Assembly (NCBI GenBank): GCA_019352195.1
Contig: JACAFG010000002.1
Span: 103,820 to 167,819, forward strand
DNA from: Candidatus Saccharimonadota bacterium
GTDB taxonomy: Bacteria; Patescibacteriota; Saccharimonadia; UBA4664
Length of the DNA: 64,000 nucleotides
Direction: 5' to 3'
Below are positions 56,896 to 64,000 of the stretch, piece by piece. Within the stretch, counting starts at the first letter, position 1. Each line of letters starts with the position of its first letter. The notes under the pieces are model-generated. The model was not told where the DNA came from. It did not search any database and saw nothing but the letters and a program-made list of their open reading frames with translations. A program made the translations under genes and the position numbers.

Positions 56896-58353
56896 ATGCG
56901 CAAACGAAGCGAACTTCTATTTAGTCTTATTTCGGTACCAGTCGACGTTGCGGCGCTGATGACTGCCTTTGTGACGGCATACGTGCTGCGCGTGCGGATC
57001 GACAATAAGCCGGTGGCACACCCTATTTCGGGCCATGATTTCGTGATGATTGCACTCGTAGTCATGCCATTTTGGATACTTATTTTTGCGCTGTCTGGTT
57101 TATACAACCAAACGAGTCTGCGTGGTCGGCTCGAAGAATTCGGCAAGGTGGTGGTAGCGGTATCGGGCGGCGTCATGTTCCTTATTTTGGTTGATTTTGC
57201 TTCCTCTCAGCCTATTTTTCCCTCTAAGCTGGTACCTATATATACCTATATTTTCGGCTTGGTGTTTGTGTTGGTTGGCCGGGTGGCTCTGCGTATGCTC
57301 CAACGTTACCTGTTTCGATACGGAATAGGAGTGCATCAGGCGCTGCTTGTGGGCAGTGGTGAATTGGCGCAGCGAATCGCGCTCGACCTCCATCCTGTTG
57401 CCTCTGGTTATCACCTCGTTGGCACCATCGACCGCGCTCGAGGAGCGGCTAAGCGAATGCAGGGCGTCACAGTCTACGATTCGTTGGAGCAGGCCTTAGC
57501 GGCCTCGGCTGGCGATCGGCTAGATGATATTATCCAGGCTGATTCGGTGCTCGATCAAGAAGAGATTATAGAGCTGGTTAATTACGCTACTAATCATCAG
57601 GTAAGTTACCGCTTTGTACCGAATCAGTTCGGGTTATACGCTACAAACTCCGTCTTGGGGACGATGGCTGGTATTCCCGTTATGGAGATCCGCTTAACCC
57701 CGCTGGACGGGTGGGGTCGAATTGCAAAGCGTGTTTTTGATGTAATTGGCGCAACATTTGGCCTGCTATTGTTGTCGCCATTGCTGCTCGTACTTGCCGT
57801 TATAGTAAAAGTTAGTGATCACAAGGGTCCCATTCTGTATGGTCACCGGCGTTTGAGCCGAGCTGGTGGGGAAGTGTTTGTGTTGAAGTTTCGGTCGATG
57901 AAATGGGCATATTCTACGGGGGCTAACCGACCGTACAAAACTGCTGAAGCGGCTTTTATTGCCATGGATCGACCCGATTTAGCACGGGAATTTCAGGCGA
58001 ACCAAAAAGTAGCTCATGACCCGCGAGTAACAAGACTAGGCAATTGGTTACGGCGATCGAGCCTCGACGAGCTACCTCAGTTGATAAATGTGTTACGAGG
58101 TGACATGAGCCTGGTTGGTCCGCGCCCCATAATGCCGGATGAGCTTGAGCGCTACGGCGAATATGGTGCCAGCTTTTTGGCCCTTAAGCCGGGTATTACG
58201 GGGCTGTGGCAAATTTCAGGTCGCAGTGACCTAGGCTATGATCAACGCGTGAAGCTGGACATCTATTATATTGAAAACTGGACACTGTTTTTAGATATAC
58301 GCATTCTTATTAAAACCGTCTTTACGATTACGAGTGGTCGGGGGGCTTACTAA
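56896..58353 (+). CDS. Polyprenyl glycosylphosphotransferase (WbaP/bacterial sugar transferase family)
   Basis: N-terminal TM helices, a central CoA-binding-like domain and a C-terminal Bac_transf domain (RVFDVIGATFGLLLLSPLLLVLAVIVK ... PGITGLWQISGRSD). Confidence 0.8.
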   Translation: MRKRSELLFSLISVPVDVAALMTAFVTAYVLRVRIDNKPVAHPISGHDFVMIALVVMPFWILIFALSGLYNQTSLRGRLEEFGKVVVAVSGGVMFLILVDFASSQPIFPSKLVPIYTYIFGLVFVLVGRVALRMLQRYLFRYGIGVHQALLVGSGELAQRIALDLHPVASGYHLVGTIDRARGAAKRMQGVTVYDSLEQALAASAGDRLDDIIQADSVLDQEEIIELVNYATNHQVSYRFVPNQFGLYATNSVLGTMAGIPVMEIRLTPLDGWGRIAKRVFDVIGATFGLLLLSPLLLVLAVIVKVSDHKGPILYGHRRLSRAGGEVFVLKFRSMKWAYSTGANRPYKTAEAAFIAMDRPDLAREFQANQKVAHDPRVTRLGNWLRRSSLDELPQLINVLRGDMSLVGPRPIMPDELERYGEYGASFLALKPGITGLWQISGRSDLGYDQRVKLDIYYIENWTLFLDIRILIKTVFTITSGRGAY

Positions 58354-59483
58354 TGGCTGAACCTCGCATTGCGCTTGTCCATCACTGGCTAACGTCGCCT
58401 GGTGGGGCTGAGAAGGTGTTGTATGAACTACATCAAATGTACCCTCAGGCACCAATCTACACCACTTCATATTTGCCGGAAAAGTTTCCTGAATTTGCCG
58501 ATGCCGAGATTCGTACGACATTTTTAAACCGAATTCCCTGGTTACGTCGCATTCATCAGCTTTTCCCCGTCTTTTTGGGGACGCCGTTTAAGCTTATCAA
58601 TATGGATGAATACGATATGGTAATTTCATCGTGTGCGGCTGAGGCTAAATACGTACGTACTAAGGCGCATACGCTGCATATTTGCTATTGTCACACTCCC
58701 GTTCGATATTACTGGACAGACTACGAATGGCGACTCAATAATTTGCCATTTGGCTTTTTTAACCCGCTTGCCCGCTTGGTTTTCCCGCTGTTTATTGGTC
58801 CTTTGCGCAAAATTGACTATCAGGCGGCCCAAGAAGTTGATACGTTTGTGGCCAATTCGAAACACATCCAGTCGCGTATAAAGACCTTTTATGACCGTGA
58901 ATCAACCGTGATATATCCGCCGATAGTAACCAAAAAGTTGCTGGCACTGGATCGTAAGACCAGTGATTACTATGTCATTATTGGTCGGCAAGTGGCCTCG
59001 AAGCGTCTCGATGTGGCCGTAGATGCCTTTAATGAACTTGGTCTTACGTTAAAAGTTGCGGGCGCCGGTGAAGAGATTGCGCGTCAAAAGCCGCGCGCGC
59101 GGGCAAATATTGAATTTTTGGGCCGCGTAAGCGACGAGGAGCGAGACTCGCTCTTAGCGGGTGCCAAAGGCTTTATTTTTCCTCCAGAGGAAGACTTTGG
59201 GATCGTGCCTTTGGAAGCCATGGCGGCAGGATGCCCTGTAATCGCCTATGGAAGCGGTGGAGCCCCCGAGTACGTCATAGACGGTCAGACAGGCGTATTG
59301 TTTGACGACCAGACCCCAGAGGCACTCATTGGAGCGCTTAAGCGCTTCGAAGGCATGACTTGGGATACTGAGGTTATTCGCGATAAGGCGAAGGAGTTTG
59401 ATGAGGGAGTGTTTCATCAGCGAATGGGGGCTTATGTTGATGGAGCTTGGGCGGCGTTTGAAGGTAAACGTAGGAACATTTGA
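58353..59483 (+). CDS. Glycosyltransferase family 1 (GT4-type retaining GT)
   Basis: EDFGIVPLEAMAAGCPVIAYGSGGAPEYV motif. Its start codon overlaps the stop of the WbaP-like gene. Confidence 0.8.
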   Translation: MAEPRIALVHHWLTSPGGAEKVLYELHQMYPQAPIYTTSYLPEKFPEFADAEIRTTFLNRIPWLRRIHQLFPVFLGTPFKLINMDEYDMVISSCAAEAKYVRTKAHTLHICYCHTPVRYYWTDYEWRLNNLPFGFFNPLARLVFPLFIGPLRKIDYQAAQEVDTFVANSKHIQSRIKTFYDRESTVIYPPIVTKKLLALDRKTSDYYVIIGRQVASKRLDVAVDAFNELGLTLKVAGAGEEIARQKPRARANIEFLGRVSDEERDSLLAGAKGFIFPPEEDFGIVPLEAMAAGCPVIAYGSGGAPEYVIDGQTGVLFDDQTPEALIGALKRFEGMTWDTEVIRDKAKEFDEGVFHQRMGAYVDGAWAAFEGKRRNI

Positions 59484-59645
59484 TGAGATGGGGGCTAGCT
59501 CGTCATTAACTTGGTCGCTCAGCTAGTTCAGAGCTCGTTTGCAAACTACGATCTCGGACTTTGGGCCGGTAAGGAACGAATCAGATCGATTTTCGACTCA
59601 TTTCAAGCACTTTTAATAAGTCGATAATCGACCTATACTTAAATC

Positions 59646-59954
59646 ATGGCATTAACCTCCAACAATGGTGAGAGAATTAGCCCGTCGCCCTTAGATGTAA
59701 GGGTTCTGGTGGCGCTCCTAAAAAGGCCGCTAAACGCATATCGCGTAGCTCGTCAGGTCGAAGATGACTTTGGGCCGGGTTTCAAGGCCAGTAATGGCAC
59801 TATCTATCCCTCGTTAAAGCGTTTGGCTAGTCTCGGATTTATCACCAAACTTGATGATGGAAATTATAAAACTACTCTTCTGGGACGAGAAGTTCTCGGA
59901 TGGGAGTTAGCGCGGCTGAAGCGTCTTATGGAGTTGGCTCAGGACAGGTCTTGA
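59646..59954 (+). CDS. PadR family transcriptional regulator
   Basis: NGTIYPSLKRLASLGFI winged-helix signature. Confidence 0.6.
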   Translation: MALTSNNGERISPSPLDVRVLVALLKRPLNAYRVARQVEDDFGPGFKASNGTIYPSLKRLASLGFITKLDDGNYKTTLLGREVLGWELARLKRLMELAQDRS

Positions 59955-59957
59955 TAC

Positions 59958-59985
59958 AAAAAAACGCCCGTTTGGGCGTTTTCTT
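59958..59985. terminator. Bidirectional intrinsic terminator (A-tract/hairpin/T-tract)
   Basis: aaaaaaacgccc-gttt-gggcgttttc. Confidence 0.7.
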
Positions 59986-60000
59986 GAAGCTCCTGTAAGC

Positions 60001-60342
60001 TTACTGGGCTGCTTTTACGACAGCGGCAAAGGCCTTGGGCTCTTTGACGGCGAGCTCGGCCAAAATCTTGCGATCCAAAGTTACGCCTTTTTTGATGAGC
60101 GACCCCATCAATTTTGAGTAGCTGGTGCCGTTGATGACTGCGGCCGCACCAATACGAGTGATCCAGAGGCCCCGCAGATCGCGCTTTTTGTTGCGGCGGT
60201 CTCGGTACTGGTAGGACAGAGACTTAAGGATAGCCTCTCGTGCCTTCTTGATGCTGGAACGGCGAACCAGGCTGTAGCCCTTGGTCTGGGCCCGCAGTCG
60301 CTTGTGCTTCTGGTGAGTGGTTACTCCACGTTTGACGCGCAT
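60001..60342 (-). CDS. rplT: 50S ribosomal protein L20
   Basis: MRVKRGVTTHQKHKRL ... YRDRRNKKRDLRGLWITRI. Confidence 0.9.
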   Translation of the reverse strand: MRVKRGVTTHQKHKRLRAQTKGYSLVRRSSIKKAREAILKSLSYQYRDRRNKKRDLRGLWITRIGAAAVINGTSYSKLMGSLIKKGVTLDRKILAELAVKEPKAFAAVVKAAQ

Positions 60343-60343
60343 C

Positions 60344-60538
60344 TTAGATTCCTAACATTTTCTTAATATTCTTGGTGTTGGCCGATGAGGATTCGTATTC
60401 CTTCACGTACTCACGCTTGAGTGAGGCTTGCTTGTGGGCAAGGAGGTGGTTGCGCTGGGCGCGGCGACGCATCAATTTACCGGTACCGGTAATCTTGATC
60501 CGCTTGGCCATTCCCTTATGCGTCTTTAGCTTTGGCAT
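60344..60538 (-). CDS. rpmI: 50S ribosomal protein L35
   Basis: [21 protein letters not shown]. Confidence 0.9.
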   Translation of the reverse strand: MPKLKTHKGMAKRIKITGTGKLMRRRAQRNHLLAHKQASLKREYVKEYESSSANTKNIKKMLGI

Positions 60539-61043
60539 CTTTTTTCATCCCGATAATCATATTGAGGTCACGTCCGGACATTAGTGGGGCTTGCTCAGTG
60601 ACGGCAATGTCGTCGAGCTGAGCGGCCGCATTGGCCAAAATTACTTGGCCCAACGCTGGGCGGCTGATTTCGCGACCTTTAAATCGAAGACTCAACTTAA
60701 CTTTTTGCCCGTCCTCAAGGAACTTGCGGGCGCGGTTTAGTTTTACTTCGAGGTCGTGAGCACCGATCTTGAGGCCAAATCGTACCTCTTTGATCTCAAC
60801 CTGCTTCTGGTTGCGGCGGCTTTTTTGTAGCTGTTTCGTCTGCTCGTAGCGGTATTTACCGTAGTCTAGGATTTTTGCGACGGGAGGAACAGCGCCAGGA
60901 GCAATTTCCGCCAAGTCGAGTCCGGCCTCCGCTGCTGCAGCGAGAGCCTCAGTGAGGCTAACGACGCCGAGCTGCTCACCATCAACACCAACGAGCCGAA
61001 CTTGCGGCGCGTTAATTTCGTGGTTGAGGCGGACTTTGTTGAT
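60516..61043 (-). CDS. infC: Translation initiation factor IF-3, apparently using a non-AUG (AUC) start codon
   Basis: The reading frame continues upstream of the annotated TTG. The N-terminal domain ([47 protein letters not shown]) follows AAGGAGA-6nt-ATC. The C-terminal domain matches IF3. Confidence 0.75.
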   Translation of the reverse strand: MNKVRLNHEINAPQVRLVGVDGEQLGVVSLTEALAAAAEAGLDLAEIAPGAVPPVAKILDYGKYRYEQTKQLQKSRRNQKQVEIKEVRFGLKIGAHDLEVKLNRARKFLEDGQKVKLSLRFKGREISRPALGQVILANAAAQLDDIAVTEQAPLMSGRDLNMIIGMKKDAKAKDA

Positions 61044-61110
61044 CGGATATCTCCTTAAAAGCTCTGGCGTACTATATCAGTTAGAACAGGCGAGGTCAAT
61101 TGCTTCGGGC

Positions 61111-62010
61111 CTAATTTACTCGGGGACCGACGGCTTCTCTAAACTCACTACCAACTTTCTCAGTAATGAAGCGAATACGGCGGTCAGTGAGGCGAATAGC
61201 TATGGGTGTTCGACTGGCAACTTTGCCGTCAACCATGATGGAACTAGCGGGCGTGGTCTCAATAACCACTCGGCGAGCTAAAAAACGCGTGGTCGCGGTG
61301 TCTTCGCCAGCTCGGCCGCGGTCGCGGAGTAGCTGCCAGACATGGCCGGCAGTGCGTAAACTGCGCCCGGGATGGTCGCTCATGGTAACGATGAGGCGGT
61401 TGTCGGCAAGGGGATTGAGAAACTTTTGGTTGGCAATGGAGAGAGAAAAAATGTCGGCTTCGATTGAAATATCATCATCGACCATGATTTTGGCATGCAG
61501 ACTTTCGTATGACCTAGCTTGAGTAAAGGCAGTTTTGAGCTGACTGGCACGACCTCTTAAATTGGTAGGGCTGGTGTCAACTTGTTTGTCGAGCTCAGTT
61601 TCAAATCCTAGCGTGAGGGTAGAGAGGAAAAATTTTTGGCCTGCGGCAATGAGCGAATAGGGGGTGAGCCGCCGGGCTGCTAGTAAAACGCAGGCTTGTT
61701 GCCAGCTGGTAATACCAAGCTGGCTCGATAGGCGATTAGTGCTACCAAGCGGAATAATACCAACTGCTACGTTTTCGGCGGTACCGAGGCCATTGATGAC
61801 TTCGTTTACGGTGTCATCACCGCCAACAGCCACAATAGTAGTGTGGCCTTTGGCCGCCGCCGCTTGCGCCATTTTGGCAGCTTCACCAGGGCTTGTGGTT
61901 CGCGCCCACTCGCCGCCAATTCCGAGCTCAATGAGGCGCGCCCGGAGCTTATCTTGGACGTTTTTGAGCTGTCCTCGTCCGGCGGCCGGATTGACGATGT
62001 AGTAGTACAT
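61111..62010 (-). CDS. Diacylglycerol-kinase-catalytic-domain lipid kinase (YegS/BmrU-like)
   Basis: MYYYIVNPAAGRGQ ... TTIVAVGGDDTVNEVINGL is the DAGK_cat signature. Confidence 0.7.
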   Translation of the reverse strand: MYYYIVNPAAGRGQLKNVQDKLRARLIELGIGGEWARTTSPGEAAKMAQAAAAKGHTTIVAVGGDDTVNEVINGLGTAENVAVGIIPLGSTNRLSSQLGITSWQQACVLLAARRLTPYSLIAAGQKFFLSTLTLGFETELDKQVDTSPTNLRGRASQLKTAFTQARSYESLHAKIMVDDDISIEADIFSLSIANQKFLNPLADNRLIVTMSDHPGRSLRTAGHVWQLLRDRGRAGEDTATTRFLARRVVIETTPASSIMVDGKVASRTPIAIRLTDRRIRFITEKVGSEFREAVGPRVN

Positions 62011-62387
62011 TAGTTAGCCCCAGTTTCCTTGGTCATACCGTGATCCTTGACGCTGCTCGTACCTACAAATATGCCACCCGAGCTAATAGCCAAAGTGCTA
62101 GCCGAAATATCACCATGGACTTGGCCGGTTTCGCGAACATTGGCCTCGCCGTCGGCGCTAATATTACCCTTTACACTACCTGCTATCGTAACGCCAAGAG
62201 CGGTAATGTTGCCTTTAACCACACCATTATTTCCAATGGTAACGTCGGCCGTGGTAGTCACGTTGCCGGTGAGAGAGCCGTCGATCATTATGTCGCCTTC
62301 ACTGGCGAGGTTTCCTTTTACGGTCACGCCGCCGCCAATAACCGTTTCGGCACCGCTTACACCCAACATATCGTCGCGTCGAGCCAT
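62010..62387 (-). CDS. Bactofilin
   Basis: Repetitive beta-helical DUF583 pattern (VKGNL ... IDGSLTGNV ... VKGNITALGVTIAGSVKGNISADG). Confidence 0.7.
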   Translation of the reverse strand: MARRDDMLGVSGAETVIGGGVTVKGNLASEGDIMIDGSLTGNVTTTADVTIGNNGVVKGNITALGVTIAGSVKGNISADGEANVRETGQVHGDISASTLAISSGGIFVGTSSVKDHGMTKETGAN

Positions 62388-62391
62388 TTTA

Positions 62392-62871
62392 CTAAGTCTC
62401 CTTTGTTACGGGTGGGACACGTTTCGCAGCTTGGGTTAGGGCCTGCTGCTCTTCAACCGAAAGTGTGTACTTACTTTTACCCAGATCAACCGGCTTAACG
62501 TAGACACGCGTACCTTCGCGGCCATGAATACTGGTTAGCACATAGCCTGAGTCGTGAGCGTCTAAGACGGCGAGGCTAAAGCTTTGGTCACCGCCCGTAT
62601 CGCCAAACGGGTTAAATCGAACCAAGGAAATTTTCTGCGAGGCGAGACTTGTCATAGCTGCGAGTCGTGAATACTCGTCACTAAGTGTAGCCAAGCGGTG
62701 GTCGACCGCCGAAACGCGCTTGAGGTGCGCGGTAAGGGTAGACTCGAGGCTGCCAGCATCACCGCCGCCAAGCAATGCAGTTACTCGGTCCCGCAAACGC
62801 CGATAGACGAGCCAGCTCGAGGCAGCAGCAATAAGTGCAATTACGGCAAGGGCAAGTGCTAGATAGATCAA
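62392..62871 (-). CDS. DUF4446 family membrane-anchored protein
   Basis: N-terminal TM helix and the conserved LVRFNPFGDTGGDQSFSLAVLD block. Confidence 0.55.
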   Translation of the reverse strand: MIYLALALAVIALIAAASSWLVYRRLRDRVTALLGGGDAGSLESTLTAHLKRVSAVDHRLATLSDEYSRLAAMTSLASQKISLVRFNPFGDTGGDQSFSLAVLDAHDSGYVLTSIHGREGTRVYVKPVDLGKSKYTLSVEEQQALTQAAKRVPPVTKET

Positions 62872-62958
62872 CTGACGGCCTCATTAAGTGCTGCAACCAG
62901 TATAAGGCCAGAGCAAGACTCGTCCAACTGGGAGATTGTGGTGTACAATATCGGCACT

Positions 62959-63255
62959 ATGGCAAAGAAGAAATCGACGAAAAAGCATCAGTTTAAATAC
63001 GCGGCACCGACAACGGGCGTAGCTACCGCTGCACCGGCCGCGGTTGAGACTGCCGCAAGTCCCTTTGCCACTCCTTCGTTGAAGTCGAAGCCAGCTGCCC
63101 AGGCCACCAATGGTCGAAGTTTTGCCTACGTTACCCATGACTTGCAGCGTATCTCCGTTTTTGCCAGCATTTTAGTAGCCGCTGAGCTCTTATTGTGGTG
63201 GGTATTTGCGCACACAAGTGTCGGAAATACCGTTTACGCCTGGTTTAAGATCTAG
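62959..63255 (+). CDS. Small hypothetical membrane protein (Lys-rich N-terminus, C-terminal TM helix)
   Basis: MAKKKSTKKHQFKY ... ILVAAELLLWWVFA. A TACAAT box sits 10 nt upstream of the ATG, so the transcript may be leaderless. An alternative GTG start is at 62938. Confidence 0.35.
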   Translation: MAKKKSTKKHQFKYAAPTTGVATAAPAAVETAASPFATPSLKSKPAAQATNGRSFAYVTHDLQRISVFASILVAAELLLWWVFAHTSVGNTVYAWFKI

Positions 63256-63631
63256 CCCCTGGCCTTAGATGGTTGGTGCCCGGTATTGAAACGCCTCATT
63301 GAGGCGCTTTTGATTTATGTCGGTATTGTTATCCTGGTCGGCAATTGTATGGATAAGCACTGGCTAGGTACATGGTCTGGGCAAAGTATTAGTCATTCTA
63401 GGTCGGGCTCGTGGAGTAAAGCCGCATAATTCGTTGTATGTATTACAACTTTCGCTGCCTTTCGCCTACGGTATGTTGGTGCAACTTATGCAAATTGGTC
63501 AGCGGATAAAATATTAGTCGATAAATTGGGGTATCGCCTAAAGCGTCTTGCCAGGTTAAACAGCTAATACACAAGTTATTTGTGTTGTCAGTCATTATTG
63601 ACTTTATTTTGTGTTGCGTTATGATCGGCCT

Positions 63632-64000
63632 ATGAACGAGCAACTCATCTCCCACATTGAAGAACTCGGCCTCAGCAATAAGGAGGCCCGGGTATATGTA
63701 GCATGTCTTTTAACCGGTGCTGCGGCCGTGCAACGCATTGCTGATCAAGCGGGGATTAAGCGCGTTACGACCTATGTAATTTTAGAGTCGCTCGTTGGGT
63801 TGGGGTTGGTATCACAGAGCGTTAAGGGCAAAAAGACATTGTTTATCGCTGAAGAGCCGGCAAATTTACGCCGACTGCTCGATAAGCGTGCGCTTGAACT
63901 GCGCGAACAGCAGGCCAATTTTGAGACCATTCTGCCAGAGCTGGCGAGTCTCAAAAGCATGCCGGTCGACTCGCCCAACGTGAAATATTACGACTCAATC
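63632..64000 (+). CDS. TrmB-family transcriptional regulator (N-terminal part; continues beyond window)
   Basis: MNEQLISHIEELGLSNKEARVYVACLLTGAAAVQRIADQAGIKRVTTYVILESLVGLGLV is the TrmB N-terminal wHTH. Confidence 0.6.
   Translation, partial: MNEQLISHIEELGLSNKEARVYVACLLTGAAAVQRIADQAGIKRVTTYVILESLVGLGLVSQSVKGKKTLFIAEEPANLRRLLDKRALELREQQANFETILPELASLKSMPVDSPNVKYYDSI

Noticed and set aside
60952-61281. A 109 aa plus-strand ORF
   Set aside because: It is antisense to infC and the lipid-kinase gene, which have strong homology-like signatures.
62040-62498. Two overlapping plus-strand ORFs of 130-152 aa
   Set aside because: They are antisense to bactofilin and DUF4446, whose repetitive beta-helix codons generate long shadow frames.

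Overview
This 64 kb window looks like a small, reduced bacterial genome with roughly 50% GC. The gene content (type IV pilus locus, nucleoside-salvage genes, many orphan hypotheticals) fits a monoderm, Candidatus Saccharibacteria/TM7-like episymbiont, but that is inference; nothing can be searched here. Positions 1-7.4 kb hold a complete type IVa pilus locus: the pilB 3' end, pilT, pilC, a major pilin followed by a strong terminator, the prepilin peptidase pilD, and four minor pilins (FimT-, PilV-, PilW- and PilX-like). It is followed by a Xer-type tyrosine recombinase, a small high-GC islet, and a large O-antigen-ligase (Wzy_C) plus TPR membrane protein that is a candidate pilin O-glycosylase. 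The rest contains housekeeping genes (DedA, M16 peptidase, ndk, PrsA-like PPIase, FMN reductase, plsC, rplY, dgkA-like, nrdR, thrS behind a T-box leader, miaA, rpmB, M50 protease, ung, infC-rpmI-rplT with an AUC start on infC) and an rnpB RNase P RNA. There are six tRNAs: Arg-CCT, Asp-GTC, Thr-CGT, Val-GAC, Val-CAC and Pro-GGG. A nucleoside-salvage theme recurs: a uridine-kinase-like gene, a nucleoside 2-deoxyribosyltransferase, NUDIX, two tandem HAD 5'(3')-deoxyribonucleotidase paralogs and an alkyltransferase-like ATL protein. Two envelope-glycan modules are present: a membrane protein plus a processive GT2 (QxxRW) plus a WecA/MraY-like transferase, and a WbaP-like phosphotransferase plus a GT1. 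Other features are tandem PucR/CdaR-family regulators, a bactofilin-DUF4446-lipid-kinase cluster and many orphan hypotheticals. Two pseudogene-like loci stand out: a HIT hydrolase frameshifted at a G6 tract, and an ORF interrupted by an in-frame TAG. Short stretches of markedly higher GC (8.5-9.0 kb, 52.4-53.3 kb, and more mildly 22-25 kb and 27.5-28 kb) suggest DNA acquired from a high-GC host. No CRISPR array, transposase or rRNA gene was seen.
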